Below, piece by piece: positions 1 through 9,730 of a DNA stretch of 64,000 nt. The notes below the pieces were generated by a model that was not told the origin of the DNA, did not search any database, and worked only from the letters and a program-made list of their open reading frames with translations. The first letter of the stretch is position 1. Every line of letters starts with the position of its first letter. The stretch covers positions 55,503 through 119,502 of the forward strand of contig CANRIT010000003.1 of assembly GCA_947630745.1 (NCBI GenBank). The letters run 5' to 3'. The stretch is from an uncultured Clostridia bacterium. Its GTDB lineage: Bacteria > Bacillota > Clostridia > Christensenellales > UBA1242. Made by a program: the position numbers and the translations under genes.

Positions 1-405
1 ACCAAGTTTGACGAAAGTTTGTGGGAACTTTTGGACGATATGCACGAAACACTTGATGTTACAAAAGGCTCGGGTTTAAGCGCGGTGCAAGTGGGGGTGC
101 TAAAACGCGTGTTTATTATTGATATAAACGAAATGCGCATCGAATTTATCAATCCAACCATCATCAAAACCAGTGGGGCGCAGTATAAAAAAGAAGGCTG
201 TCTATCTGTTAAACTTCCATTTGACTATGTTAAGCGTCCAAAAACTGTTACTGTTTCCGCATTTGATAGATATGGCAACAAATTTACTTTGACATGTGAA
301 GATTGGACAGCGGTTTGCGTTTGCCACGAAAACGACCATCTAGACGGCATCCTATATATCGACAAAATTTGTGTTCCGCCGCGCGGTCTTGCAGAAGACG
401 ATTAG
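1..405 (+). CDS. def: Peptide deformylase, 5' end cut by window edge
   Basis: Frame is open from base 1. Contains GSGLSAVQVG (GxGxAAxQ), EGCLS and HENDH (HExxH) metal-site motifs. Lies directly upstream of fmt. Confidence 0.9.
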   Translation, partial: TKFDESLWELLDDMHETLDVTKGSGLSAVQVGVLKRVFIIDINEMRIEFINPTIIKTSGAQYKKEGCLSVKLPFDYVKRPKTVTVSAFDRYGNKFTLTCEDWTAVCVCHENDHLDGILYIDKICVPPRGLAEDD

Positions 406-414
406 GCGCAATAC

Positions 415-450
415 TTGTTCTTTTGTAACTTTTCTGTCAAAGAAAAGTTA
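415..450 (-). repeat. AACTTTTC hairpin repeat, inverted orientation (TAACTTTTCT-gtcaa-AGAAAAGTTA preceded by GTTCTTTTGT)
   Basis: 10-bp perfect stem at 426-435/441-450. The flanking GTTCTTTTGT is the reverse complement of the ACAAAAGAAC tail seen at 9790-9838. Located just after the def stop. Confidence 0.7.
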
Positions 451-488
451 TTATTAAAAATGCAATAATTTAAAATTGGGAGGGTGGC

Positions 489-1403
489 GTGAAAATTGTA
501 TTTTTTGGGACGGGGGAATTTAGCACAACAATATTAAACGGGCTTATTGAAATGGGGCAGGAAGTGGTTGGTGTGGTAAGTCAACCGGACAAGGTTAATG
601 GCAGAAATAACAAGTTGATTTTTTCGCCAATCAAGCAGTATTGCATAAAAAACAACATCCCACTTTTTCAATTCGAAAAGTTGAATAAACAAGGTGAGCA
701 GCCACTTAAAAACCTTGATGCTGACCTTTTTGTAACCGCAAGTTATGGTCAAATTATCCGCCAAAACATTTTGGATATTCCGCACATTTGCACCATTAAT
801 GTCCATGCAAGTTTGCTTCCAAAATATCGTGGCTCGTCACCAATTCAGTGGGCGATTATTAATGGCGAAAAGGTTACTGGCGTAACAATTATGCGCACCG
901 ATGCCGGGCTGGATACGGGCGATATGTATTTATCTAAACAAATTGATATTTCGCCAGAAGATACATCATCTAGTGTATTCAATAAGCTATCTACACTAGG
1001 AATAGAATGTTTAAAAGAGTTTTTTGCAAATTTTGACTATTACATAAATCACCCAATTAAACAAGACGAGTCCCAATCAAGTTATTACCCAATGATAAAA
1101 AAAGAAGACTATCTATTAAACTTTAATATGACCGCAAAAGATTTGGTTAACAAAATTCGCGGGCTGGAAAATTGCTATTTCATCTACAACAATTTGCGCT
1201 ACAAAGTTCTGTTTGCAAAAGAGTGCGAACTTAGCGGCAAGGTGGGTGAAATTTTGGAATGTGATTCAAAGCGCGGACTTGTTATCGCATGCCAAGACAC
1301 TTCAATTGAAGTAATCACCATTCAGCCAGAAGACAAAGGCAAAATGCCCGCCAAAGCCTATATGAATGCTGGCAAATTTGTTAAGGGAGATATAATTAAA
1401 TAA
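489..1403 (+). CDS. fmt: Methionyl-tRNA formyltransferase
   Basis: GTG start after GGGAGGGTGG SD. N-terminal MKIVFFGTGEFS, formyltransferase core HASLLPKYRGSSPIQ. def-fmt synteny. Confidence 0.9.
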   Translation: MKIVFFGTGEFSTTILNGLIEMGQEVVGVVSQPDKVNGRNNKLIFSPIKQYCIKNNIPLFQFEKLNKQGEQPLKNLDADLFVTASYGQIIRQNILDIPHICTINVHASLLPKYRGSSPIQWAIINGEKVTGVTIMRTDAGLDTGDMYLSKQIDISPEDTSSSVFNKLSTLGIECLKEFFANFDYYINHPIKQDESQSSYYPMIKKEDYLLNFNMTAKDLVNKIRGLENCYFIYNNLRYKVLFAKECELSGKVGEILECDSKRGLVIACQDTSIEVITIQPEDKGKMPAKAYMNAGKFVKGDIIK

Positions 1404-1452
1404 AACTTATAAAATTTTTGCAATAAGGCGAAATAAAAAACAAGGTTAATTT

Positions 1453-2487
1453 ATGGAAATTTTGGCAGATTTTAGTTTGGATGAATTATATGCAAAGTTT
1501 AACCAATATCCGCGTTTTAGGGTTAAACAGATTTTTGACGCGATAATCCAAGCAAAAGATTACAATAAAACAAATTTGCCAAAAGATTTAATTGCCACAT
1601 TGCAACAAGACTACATTTTAAAGCCGATTGAAATTGTTAAAGTGCTTTTAAGCGCGGATGGAACAAAAAAATATTTACTTAAACTTTTTGACGGCAACAT
1701 AATTGAGGGCGTGTTTTTGCATCAAAATTATGGCAACACAATCTGCATGTCCACCCAAGTTGGCTGTCGCATGGGCTGCAAATTTTGTGCGTCAACAATT
1801 GGCGGACGGGTGCGCGATTTGTCCGCGGGCGAAATGGTGGGCAGTATTGCCGCAATGAATGCGGACAACGGGGTTAAAACCAAACGCAACTTTTCCAACA
1901 TCGTGCTTATGGGAAGTGGCGAGCCGTTTGATAACTACGATAATGTGGTAAAATTTTTGCATCTTTTAACTGACAAAAGCGGCTTTAATGTAAGCGAGCG
2001 CAACATTTCACTTTCCACATGCGGGCTGGTGGACAAAATCTACCAATTTGCGCGCCTAAATTTTAACATTACGCTTTGTATTTCACTTCACGCCACCACG
2101 GACGAAACTCGCAAAACCATAATGCCAATTGCCAACAAATATTCAATTGCCGACATCATAAAAGCGGTAAAATTTTATCAGCAACAAAACAGCAGACGGG
2201 TGGTGTTTGAATATTGCCTAATTAAAGGCGTCAACAACACTCCAGCCGACATCGCGCGTTTAAAAACTTTAACCAGCGGGCTAACCTGCCACATAAATGT
2301 AATCTGCCTAAACGAAAATGGCGGCAGCCTAAAAGCCACCACGCGTGCCGAGGCGGAAAAATTTGTTACGGATTTAAACAAAAACGGCATTTCAGCCACA
2401 CTTCGCCGCAGCCAAGGTAGCGACATAGAAGGCGCGTGCGGAATGTTGCGCGCAAAAACTCTTAAAAAAGCAGACAACCAAAATTAA
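1453..2487 (+). CDS. rlmN: 23S rRNA/tRNA adenine-C2 methyltransferase, radical SAM (RlmN/Cfr family)
   Basis: CRMGCKFC radical-SAM cluster motif, C-terminal DIEGACGML, 344 aa. Confidence 0.85.
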   Translation: MEILADFSLDELYAKFNQYPRFRVKQIFDAIIQAKDYNKTNLPKDLIATLQQDYILKPIEIVKVLLSADGTKKYLLKLFDGNIIEGVFLHQNYGNTICMSTQVGCRMGCKFCASTIGGRVRDLSAGEMVGSIAAMNADNGVKTKRNFSNIVLMGSGEPFDNYDNVVKFLHLLTDKSGFNVSERNISLSTCGLVDKIYQFARLNFNITLCISLHATTDETRKTIMPIANKYSIADIIKAVKFYQQQNSRRVVFEYCLIKGVNNTPADIARLKTLTSGLTCHINVICLNENGGSLKATTRAEAEKFVTDLNKNGISATLRRSQGSDIEGACGMLRAKTLKKADNQN

Positions 2488-2634
2488 TCGCGCTTGCAAT
2501 TTCTTTTTATAAACTAACATAAACTTGTGCGTGCAAAAATTTGCCGCATTTTTTATTATTTTGAATTAATAATATGGTTTTTGTTTTTAATTTATTTCAA
2601 ATTATGATATAATTATATATCAAAAGGAAAATTT

Positions 2635-3291
2635 ATGCAAAAAGTTTTAATTTCAGCATCAAGTTTGCCTGCGGGCAGAAACATGAGTTCGCAATTGGAG
2701 TATGTTCAACGCGTGGGCAGCTATGGGGCGGACATCTATCACATTGATGTTATGGACGGCACATACACCAAATTTAAAACCATTGACTATGGCTACATTG
2801 ACCAGTTGCGGGTAAATTCCGCACTGCTTTTTGAGGCGCATTTGATGGTTAACGAGCCAGATAAGGTCATTGATAAATATCTAAAAACCAGCCTTAGTTT
2901 AATTTATGTGCATATTGAAGTGCTTGACGATGACGGCATTAAAAAAATCATCCACAAAATTAAAAAAGCCAAAAAAATGGTCGGTTTGGTGGTCGATTTG
3001 GATACTGACATAAAAAAGGTTGAACCATATTTAGATTTTATTGACGCCGTGCTTATTATGACGGTAAAAGCGGGCAAGGGCGGTCAAACTTTCAACGAAA
3101 AAGCGCTTAACAAAATTAAATACATCCGCAAAATAAACAAGGACATTTTAATTGAAGTGGACGGCGGCATAATCCCAGAAACGGGTGCAAAATGTGTTAA
3201 GGCGGGCGCGGACATTTTGGTAAGCGGCAACTATATCTATAAAAACGACACATACGAGGCAATTCAATCGCTGCGGGGCAAAAATGGATAA
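2635..3291 (+). CDS. rpe: Ribulose-phosphate 3-epimerase
   Basis: YHIDVMDG and VDGGI motifs, TIM-barrel size (218 aa), SD AAGGAAA upstream. Confidence 0.8.
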   Translation: MQKVLISASSLPAGRNMSSQLEYVQRVGSYGADIYHIDVMDGTYTKFKTIDYGYIDQLRVNSALLFEAHLMVNEPDKVIDKYLKTSLSLIYVHIEVLDDDGIKKIIHKIKKAKKMVGLVVDLDTDIKKVEPYLDFIDAVLIMTVKAGKGGQTFNEKALNKIKYIRKINKDILIEVDGGIIPETGAKCVKAGADILVSGNYIYKNDTYEAIQSLRGKNG

Positions 3292-3976
3292 CCGCTATTA
3301 TTTTGAAAAGCAGACCGCGGACAGCATATATTTTGTCGGGCAAGAAGCAAAACACTTAAGCCTTGTCCGCCGCGCATCTGTGGGGGAAGAATTGGTGGGC
3401 TTTAACGGCGATGGGTATGACTATCTTGCCAAAATTTCTTCAATCACAAAACAAGAAGTGGTGGCAAAAATCATTTCAAAAACTTTAAATCGCGCAAAAA
3501 CCAATAAAAGGGTGGCGGTGTTTTTGGCAATGATTAAAAACGATGCACTTACCGATGCAATTGACCATTTGGCGGAACTTAATGTGGGTGCAGTGTACTT
3601 GTTTAAAGCGGATAGAAGTGTGGCAGTAGTTGACCAAAAGAAGTTGGAAAAACTTGCCGCAATTTCACTTCAAACCAGCAAACAGTGTGAACGCGCGGAT
3701 GTTATGAAGATTAGCATAATTGACAAGGGCGAAATTAAGGCAAAAGCACAACAATTTAAAAACACCTTTTTTGCTTACGAAGATGCCAGCAACAACATTC
3801 AACCATTTAACGGCGATTATGCGGTTATAATCGGACCGGAAGGCGGATTTAGCCAAAATGAAGTGGAATATTTTTCTTCATTTGCAAAAACAATTACGCT
3901 AGGCAAAACCATATTACGCGCCCCAGTTGCCGCACTTGTTGCAGTAAGCAAACTGGAAGAGAAAAGCGAAAGCTGA
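3284..3976 (+). CDS. rsmE: 16S rRNA (uracil1498-N3)-methyltransferase RsmE
   Basis: 230 aa with a C-terminal IIGPEGGFS SPOUT motif. 8-nt overlap with rpe. rsmE-mtaB synteny as in Bacillus yqeU-yqeV. Confidence 0.75.
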   Translation: MDNRYYFEKQTADSIYFVGQEAKHLSLVRRASVGEELVGFNGDGYDYLAKISSITKQEVVAKIISKTLNRAKTNKRVAVFLAMIKNDALTDAIDHLAELNVGAVYLFKADRSVAVVDQKKLEKLAAISLQTSKQCERADVMKISIIDKGEIKAKAQQFKNTFFAYEDASNNIQPFNGDYAVIIGPEGGFSQNEVEYFSSFAKTITLGKTILRAPVAALVAVSKLEEKSES

Positions 3977-3977
3977 T

Positions 3978-4009
3978 TTACTTTTCAATGTGAAAAGTAA
4001 CAAAAGCAA
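3978..4009 (+). repeat. AACTTTTC hairpin repeat copy (TTACTTTTCA-atg-TGAAAAGTAA + CAAAAGCAA tail)
   Basis: 10-bp perfect stem at 3978-3987/3991-4000, followed by the ACAAAAG tail. Located right after the rsmE stop. Confidence 0.7.
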
Positions 4010-4060
4010 TAATATGGATTGAAAATGATATAAAAAAATTAAAAAAACAAAAGGAAAAAA

Positions 4061-5305
4061 ATGATTGCAAGTGTGGTTACGCTTGGCTGCAAGGTTAATG
4101 AGTACGAAAGTCAAAGCGTGTTAAATCAATTACAGCGTGCGGGCTATCAGGTTAGGGAAGGCTTGGTTTTTGCCGATGTGTATGTGCTTAACAGTTGCGC
4201 GGTCACCAATCTTGCCGAACGCAAATCGCGCCAATACATCACTAAAATTTTAAAAATAAATCCAAATGCAAAAATTGTGGTTATGGGTTGTGCCAGCCAA
4301 AATAATCCTGACCAGTTTTTAAAAAATCCCAACGTGGTTGCGCTAACTGGCAATTTTGGCAAAAATGATATTGTATCAATTTTAAACAGCCAAAATAAAC
4401 AGCCCCAACCAATACAAAAAGAGTACGCAAATTTCGCCCGCCCAATTGAAACGCGCGCGCGGCAGTACATAAAAATTCAAGATGGGTGCGACTATTTCTG
4501 CACATATTGTTTAATCCCATATCTTCGCGGCAGAAGTAGAAGCCGCAGCATTGCCGACATTTTGGATGAAATTAAATCCACCAACGCAAACGAAGTGGTG
4601 CTTACTGGCATAAATATGAGCGATTTTAAATCAAACAATCAGCTTGCACTAAAAGATTTAATTGAGCAAATCGATAAGTTAAACAAGCGGTTTAGGTTGT
4701 CTTCGCTTGAATGCAATGTGCTGGATGACCAGTTGTTGAACACGCTTGCAAGTTCAAAAAATTTTTGTCCGCATTTCCATTTAAGTTTGCAGTCTGCGTG
4801 CAACCAAACCTTAAAGCGCATGAACAGGCACTACTCAATTGAGGATTTTATTTCAATCGTCAAAAAAATCCGCCAAAAATTTGCCAACCCAACCATTTCC
4901 ACCGACATAATTGTGGGTTTTAAAGGCGAAACGGATGACGAATTTAACGATACAATAAAAAACCTTAAAAAAATAAAGTTTGACTTTATGCACATCTTCC
5001 CGTACAGCGAACGCGCAGGCACAGTGGCAAGCAAAATGTCGGGCGATGTAGATAAAAAGGTGGTTGCCGAACGCGAAAAGCAAATTCAAGCGCTTAACAG
5101 CAAGTTTAAAGCGGATTTTTACAAGCGCAACCAAGGCAAAATTCAAACCATGCTGGTTGAGGCGGTGGAAGGCAATTTAAGTTTGGGCTACACAAACAAC
5201 TATATTTATGCTTACTGCCCGACAAAACTAGAAGTTGGCAAAATCTATCGCGTTAAACTTACAAAACCGCACAAAGACGGCATGCTGGCTGAACTTATCA
5301 ACTAA
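4061..5305 (+). CDS. mtaB: tRNA threonylcarbamoyladenosine methylthiotransferase (MiaB-like, MtaB)
   Basis: N-terminal VVTLGCKVNEYES domain, radical-SAM CDYFCTYC, 414 aa, synteny after rsmE. Confidence 0.75.
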   Translation: MIASVVTLGCKVNEYESQSVLNQLQRAGYQVREGLVFADVYVLNSCAVTNLAERKSRQYITKILKINPNAKIVVMGCASQNNPDQFLKNPNVVALTGNFGKNDIVSILNSQNKQPQPIQKEYANFARPIETRARQYIKIQDGCDYFCTYCLIPYLRGRSRSRSIADILDEIKSTNANEVVLTGINMSDFKSNNQLALKDLIEQIDKLNKRFRLSSLECNVLDDQLLNTLASSKNFCPHFHLSLQSACNQTLKRMNRHYSIEDFISIVKKIRQKFANPTISTDIIVGFKGETDDEFNDTIKNLKKIKFDFMHIFPYSERAGTVASKMSGDVDKKVVAEREKQIQALNSKFKADFYKRNQGKIQTMLVEAVEGNLSLGYTNNYIYAYCPTKLEVGKIYRVKLTKPHKDGMLAELIN

Positions 5306-5364
5306 TTTTGTTGATTTTTTCCGCGTCGTTTGGTATAATAAAATTGTAAATTTAGGAGGATATT

Positions 5365-5700
5365 ATGGAAGATTGCATATTTTGCAGAATAAGAAAGGGT
5401 GAAATTCCAAGCGAAATTTTGTATAAGGACGATGATTTTATGATTATTAAAGACATAAATCCACAAGCCAAAATTCACTTGCTGGCAATCCCAACAAAGC
5501 ATGTGCCATACATTGACATGCTTGACGATGCGGGGGCAAGTTTGCTTGGCAAAATAATGCATAAGGTGTCCAAAATGCAAAAACAACTTGGATTAACTAA
5601 CGGCTATCGCCTTATTATCAACCAAGGTGAAGACGGCAGACAAGCGGTTAAACATATCCACATTCACATTTTGGGCGGGGAAAGGTTGTCAGAATTCTAA
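5365..5700 (+). CDS. HIT (histidine triad) family nucleotide hydrolase
   Basis: CIFCRI zinc-like N-terminus and HIHIHILGG histidine triad. 111 aa. SD AGGAGG upstream. Confidence 0.85.
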   Translation: MEDCIFCRIRKGEIPSEILYKDDDFMIIKDINPQAKIHLLAIPTKHVPYIDMLDDAGASLLGKIMHKVSKMQKQLGLTNGYRLIINQGEDGRQAVKHIHIHILGGERLSEF

Positions 5701-5716
5701 TTTTTGCATTAAATCA

Positions 5717-5745
5717 TTGACAATTTTCAAATTTTGTGGTATAAT
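5717..5745 (+). promoter_or_regulatory. Sigma-A-type promoter (TTGACA-17-TGgTATAAT) with a leader of about 15 nt and an AGGAGG SD
   Basis: TTGACA at 5717-5722, extended -10 TGGTATAAT at 5737-5745, SD 5756-5761, ATG 5767. Confidence 0.7.
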
Positions 5746-5766
5746 AAAAACAAGTTAGGAGGAAAT

Positions 5767-6159
5767 ATGATAAAAAGTAATTTAAATAGAGCAGGTATTG
5801 AACTTAAAGGATACAAACACTTGCTTGTGTATGTAGAAGATGGCAAACTTTATGTTGACCCGCAAGATAAAGGCACAATTTATTGTGAATCAGGTGCAGG
5901 CATGTATAACCAAATGGCTATGGATGCGGTAGATTTGCTTGCTGAACATCCAGATAGAGAATCATGTGTTTTTGATTTTAATAGCGTGTTTGGCACTTTC
6001 CATGTTAGGATTGGAAGGGAATTTACGTACGATGATGCAGTTGAATACACAGAAAAGCTCTTCAATTTGGAAGAAAAAAAATATAAAATGCAAAATGAAA
6101 TTCTAAGAAAAATGGAAGAAGAGATAGCACTCCGCAAGGACAAGGGCAATGAAGCATAG
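5767..6159 (+). CDS. Hypothetical protein (130 aa), acidic, coiled-coil C-terminus
   Basis: ORF with its own consensus promoter, strong SD and terminator. The track start at 5734 lies inside the promoter, so ATG 5767 is preferred. No recognisable motif. Confidence 0.6.
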   Translation: MIKSNLNRAGIELKGYKHLLVYVEDGKLYVDPQDKGTIYCESGAGMYNQMAMDAVDLLAEHPDRESCVFDFNSVFGTFHVRIGREFTYDDAVEYTEKLFNLEEKKYKMQNEILRKMEEEIALRKDKGNEA

Positions 6160-6182
6160 TGGCAAACGCCACTTTTTTTTTT
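6159..6182 (+). terminator. Rho-independent terminator
   Basis: GTGGC-aaac-GCCAC followed by a T10 run. Confidence 0.8.
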
Positions 6183-6201
6183 ATAAAATTTAAATATAAT
6201 A

Positions 6202-6230
6202 TTGACAAATTGAATTTTATATAATATAAT
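6202..6230 (+). promoter_or_regulatory. Sigma-A-type promoter placed for a leaderless transcript
   Basis: TTGACA at 6202-6207, 17-nt spacer, TATAAT at 6225-6230. ATG at 6237 is only 6 nt after the -10 box. Confidence 0.6.
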
Positions 6231-6236
6231 TGCAAT

Positions 6237-6605
6237 ATGTTTGAAAAATTAAAAAAATATAAATGTGAAGATCTCTATTTTGTAAAACTTGCTCAGGTGG
6301 TTGATATTAAACCGGACGACCACGATTTTGGTAGTGAGCATATCATATTTGAAGAGAAAAAAAAGATTTGGTTTGCCACCAAAGTTGAGTTTTATGACGA
6401 ATTTAAAATTATCTCACTTAACAAAACTTTTAAAAACGACCTTATTGGGGTTAATAGTGTGGGTGATTATTTCGTTTGCTATAGCGATAGTTTAATTGTA
6501 AACCTGCCAAAACTTCGTGGTAAAAAATTAAGTTTAAACGAAATTATTAAATTGGAAAATGACGCCAACAAAACAACCGAGCAACAAACCGAACGCCATG
6601 TTTAA
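6237..6605 (+). CDS. Hypothetical protein (122 aa)
   Basis: ORF with a dedicated promoter. No recognisable family motif. Confidence 0.5.
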   Translation: MFEKLKKYKCEDLYFVKLAQVVDIKPDDHDFGSEHIIFEEKKKIWFATKVEFYDEFKIISLNKTFKNDLIGVNSVGDYFVCYSDSLIVNLPKLRGKKLSLNEIIKLENDANKTTEQQTERHV

Positions 6606-6630
6606 TTTTTTATAAATTTTTTAAAAACTG

Positions 6631-6659
6631 TTGACAAAATTTGGTGGATATGCTAAAAT
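6631..6659 (+). promoter_or_regulatory. Sigma-A-type promoter of rpsU (TTGACA-17-TGcTAAAAT)
   Basis: TTGACA at 6631-6636 and extended -10 at 6651-6659. A leader of about 30 nt carries a GTGGGTGA SD. Confidence 0.7.
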
Positions 6660-6693
6660 AAATTAGTAATTTACATTAAAAGTGGGTGATTAA

Positions 6694-6882
6694 ATGACTA
6701 CTGTACGCTGTGGAGAAAATGAGTCGGTAGAAAGCGCATTAAAGCGTTTCAAACGCAAATGCCAAAAAGACGGCATCATTGGCGACCTTAAAAAGAAAAC
6801 TGAATATGTAAAGCCAAGCGTTCGCCGTAAAGAGAAATCTAAGGCAGCTCGCAAGCGTGCTATGAAACGTAGCCGTTATTAA
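6694..6882 (+). CDS. rpsU: 30S ribosomal protein S21
   Basis: 62 aa, ALKRFKRKCQKDGI...KPSVRRKEKSKAARKR, typical S21 sequence. Confidence 0.95.
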   Translation: MTTVRCGENESVESALKRFKRKCQKDGIIGDLKKKTEYVKPSVRRKEKSKAARKRAMKRSRY

Positions 6883-6926
6883 ACACTGGCTTTGCTGGTG
6901 TTTTTTCTTATTTTTAAGGGGGTTGT

Positions 6927-7490
6927 ATGAAAGTTTATGTGTGTGCAAGCAAGCATTATTCGTCCGATAAATCAATAAACGCATATGCAAAAAAATTGGG
7001 CGAGATATTGGGCAAAAATCCAAACATAACCTATGTTCAAAACGGCACAACAACCGGGCTGTGCGGGCTAATTTTAAGCGAATATTTAAAATACAGCAAG
7101 GATGTGCAGTTTTACATCGCGGATGCGTACGAATTAAGTTCGATTAAAGACATGCTTAGTGAAGAAAATTTCCATTGCGAAGTGTATAAAAGCGAAGCCG
7201 AACGCCTAAACCAGATTGCAAGTTGTGACATGGTTTTGGTGTTGCCGGGCGAACTTGACACGCTTTTGGAGTTTTTGTATTGCAATGTAACCAAATCTTC
7301 GCGTGAACACAATCCAAAAATTGGGTTTATCAACATAAACGGCTTTTTTGACGGCTTTTTGCAGCAGATTAGCACAATAGAAAAGCTTATAAAATCGCCC
7401 GACAAAGTCCCTTATCACGTGTTTGACAAAAGCGAGTTTGCAAAACTTATTTCGGAAGAAAATATCACAAAAAACAAGCCAAATATTTAA
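6927..7490 (+). CDS. LOG/TIGR00730-like Rossmann-fold protein (divergent)
   Basis: 187 aa. LPGELDTLLE sits where LOG proteins carry PGGxGTxxE. Overall layout resembles the lysine-decarboxylase-like/LOG family but the motif is degenerate. Confidence 0.45.
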   Translation: MKVYVCASKHYSSDKSINAYAKKLGEILGKNPNITYVQNGTTTGLCGLILSEYLKYSKDVQFYIADAYELSSIKDMLSEENFHCEVYKSEAERLNQIASCDMVLVLPGELDTLLEFLYCNVTKSSREHNPKIGFININGFFDGFLQQISTIEKLIKSPDKVPYHVFDKSEFAKLISEENITKNKPNI

Positions 7491-7497
7491 AAATATT

Positions 7498-7525
7498 TTG
7501 ATTAAAAAAATAATTTTGGTATAAT
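7498..7525 (+). promoter_or_regulatory. Promoter placed for leaderless pcrA mRNA (TTGATT-16-TGgTATAAT)
   Basis: TTGATT at 7498-7503, TGGTATAAT at 7517-7525. ATG 7532 is 6 nt after the -10 box with no SD. Confidence 0.6.
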
Positions 7526-7531
7526 TATATT

Positions 7532-9724
7532 ATGGATTACAAATCACTGCTTAACGAAGAACAATACGCTGCTGTAAAGTGTGCGTCTGGTCCAGTTTTG
7601 GTTAGTGCGGGTGCGGGGAGTGGCAAAACAAGGTTGCTTACTTACCGCATCGCTTATTTAATAACCGAATGTGGCGTGCCGGCACACAAAATTTTGGCAA
7701 TCACTTTCACAAACAAGGCAACGGGCGAAATGAAGGATAGAATAACCAAGGTTGCTCCGGATGGCGACTTGGTTACTGTTTGCACATTTCACAGTTTTTG
7801 CGCGCGCATGCTTAGAAGTTACGCAAGTTTTTTGCCAAATTACCGTGAAAACTTTACCATTTATAGCGAGCAAGACACGGCAAAAATTTTTAAGGACATT
7901 TTTAAAACCCTAAAAATTGAAGACGAAAGCACAAAAAGCAATTTCAAAAACAATCTGTCGGTTATAAAAAACGACAATATGACAATTGATGAGTATTGCA
8001 ACATAAATCGTTATTCGCGCGACATTGGCGAGTTTAAGCAATTTTACCTTATGTATCAAGACGAGCTGAAAAAGAACAACGCCATGGATTTTGACGATTT
8101 GCTTATAAATTTTTACAACTTAATTTCGTCAAACCAGCAAGTGCTTGACAGTATCCAAGCCAAATACACGCATTTTAGTGTGGACGAATTTCAAGACACA
8201 AACAAATTGCAGTACGACATTGTCAAACTTTTGGCAAGCAAAACGCACAATCTGCTGATTGTTGGGGACGAAGACCAGTCAATTTATGGTTGGCGTGGGG
8301 CAAACATCGCAAACATATTCAATTTTACCAAAGATTTCCCCGAGGCGCAGGTGTTTAAGCTTGAACAGAATTATCGCAGCACCAAAAAGATACTTGACCG
8401 CGCAAACGCAATAATAAAAAACAACCGCAATCGGCTTAACAAGCGGTTGTACACGCAAAATGACGATGGCAGAGATGTTGAATATTATCCCGCGTATAAC
8501 GAAACGGAAGAGGCGGATTTTGTGGTCTCCAACATCATTTCCAAGCATAACGGCGGAGTGCCATACAACGAAATGGCAATTTTGATGCGGCTAAATGCAC
8601 TGTCCCGCGCGTTTGAAGAAAAGTTGTTGGCTTACAACATCCCGCACATCATGTACAACGGCTTTAAGTTTTTTGAGCGCGCCGAGATAAAAAATGTGCT
8701 TGCATACCTTACCGTGCTAACAAATCCAACGGACGATATAAGTTTTATGCGGATTATCAACTTTCCTAAGCGCGGCATAGGTGACACAAGCATACAAAAT
8801 TTGCAGCAGATTGCTAGCGGGCTTAAAACCAGTCTATTTAATGTGGTTTTAAATTACGAACAACACAATTTTAAATCCGCGCTGGCAAGCAAGTTGAAAG
8901 AGCTTAAAACGCTGCTTGTGGATTTAACGCAAAAAATGGGTGAAATGAATATGTATGACTTCTTCACCTACATGTTAAGGGAAAGCAAAATCACATCCAC
9001 CTTTGACCTGGATAACGAGCAAGAATACGAACGCTATTTAAACATAAACTCGCTGTCAAATTCGGTTAAAGAGTACGCGGAAAACAACCCAACAAGCACA
9101 ATTGTGGACTATCTGCAATCGGTCACCCTGTCAAGCAACATGGACGAAGATGACGGCAAGGGTGTGGTTATTGCCACTGTGCATGGTGCCAAGGGGCTGG
9201 AATTTAACACTGTGTTTGTTGTTGGGTGCGAAGAAGGCATTTTCCCAATTTCGCGTGACGACAACAACGATTTGGAAGAAGAACGCCGCCTTATGTATGT
9301 TGCCATAACGCGCGCGCAAAAAGAGTTGTATCTAACCAGCAGTTCGCAACGTTTTATGTATGGCAAAACTGAGTACAGTCCAAAATCGCGCTTTTTGTAC
9401 GAGCTTGATTTGGTTAAGGATAGAAAAATAAATAGAAGTGCAAATTCATATAATACAAATTATAGAGGAGGAGATATGAACAAATTACAATCAAACAATC
9501 ATCAAACTTTCAACTACACTTTCAGCAAAAATACGGTTGAAAAAAAGGAGATAGATTATTCCAAAATTAAATTGGGTGCGCGTGTTACTCACCCTAAATT
9601 TGGCGATGGAGTTATTTCTGAAATTACACCAAACAGCAGCAACCATGCTGTTAAAATAAAGTTTGATTCGGTGGGCGAAAAAATGCTTAGTCTAGAATAC
9701 GCCCCAATTGAATTTAAAGACTAA
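7532..9724 (+). CDS. pcrA: ATP-dependent DNA helicase PcrA (UvrD family)
   Basis: Walker A GAGSGKTR, DEFQDT, QNYRS, VHGAKGLEF, VAITRA motifs. C-terminal Tudor-like HPKFGDGVI. 730 aa. pcrA-ligA synteny. Confidence 0.92.
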   Translation: MDYKSLLNEEQYAAVKCASGPVLVSAGAGSGKTRLLTYRIAYLITECGVPAHKILAITFTNKATGEMKDRITKVAPDGDLVTVCTFHSFCARMLRSYASFLPNYRENFTIYSEQDTAKIFKDIFKTLKIEDESTKSNFKNNLSVIKNDNMTIDEYCNINRYSRDIGEFKQFYLMYQDELKKNNAMDFDDLLINFYNLISSNQQVLDSIQAKYTHFSVDEFQDTNKLQYDIVKLLASKTHNLLIVGDEDQSIYGWRGANIANIFNFTKDFPEAQVFKLEQNYRSTKKILDRANAIIKNNRNRLNKRLYTQNDDGRDVEYYPAYNETEEADFVVSNIISKHNGGVPYNEMAILMRLNALSRAFEEKLLAYNIPHIMYNGFKFFERAEIKNVLAYLTVLTNPTDDISFMRIINFPKRGIGDTSIQNLQQIASGLKTSLFNVVLNYEQHNFKSALASKLKELKTLLVDLTQKMGEMNMYDFFTYMLRESKITSTFDLDNEQEYERYLNINSLSNSVKEYAENNPTSTIVDYLQSVTLSSNMDEDDGKGVVIATVHGAKGLEFNTVFVVGCEEGIFPISRDDNNDLEEERRLMYVAITRAQKELYLTSSSQRFMYGKTEYSPKSRFLYELDLVKDRKINRSANSYNTNYRGGDMNKLQSNNHQTFNYTFSKNTVEKKEIDYSKIKLGARVTHPKFGDGVISEITPNSSNHAVKIKFDSVGEKMLSLEYAPIEFKD

Positions 9725-9730
9725 CTTTTC

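Noticed and set aside
534-806. This and many other 60-125-aa antisense or out-of-frame ORFs inside conserved genes (for example 2178-2477, 4147-4470, 5302-5586, 10817-11191, 11318-11668, 39306-39665, 47249-47626, 51086-51424).
   Set aside because: Each is fully contained in a longer ORF with clear family motifs on the other strand or frame, and none has independent start signals.
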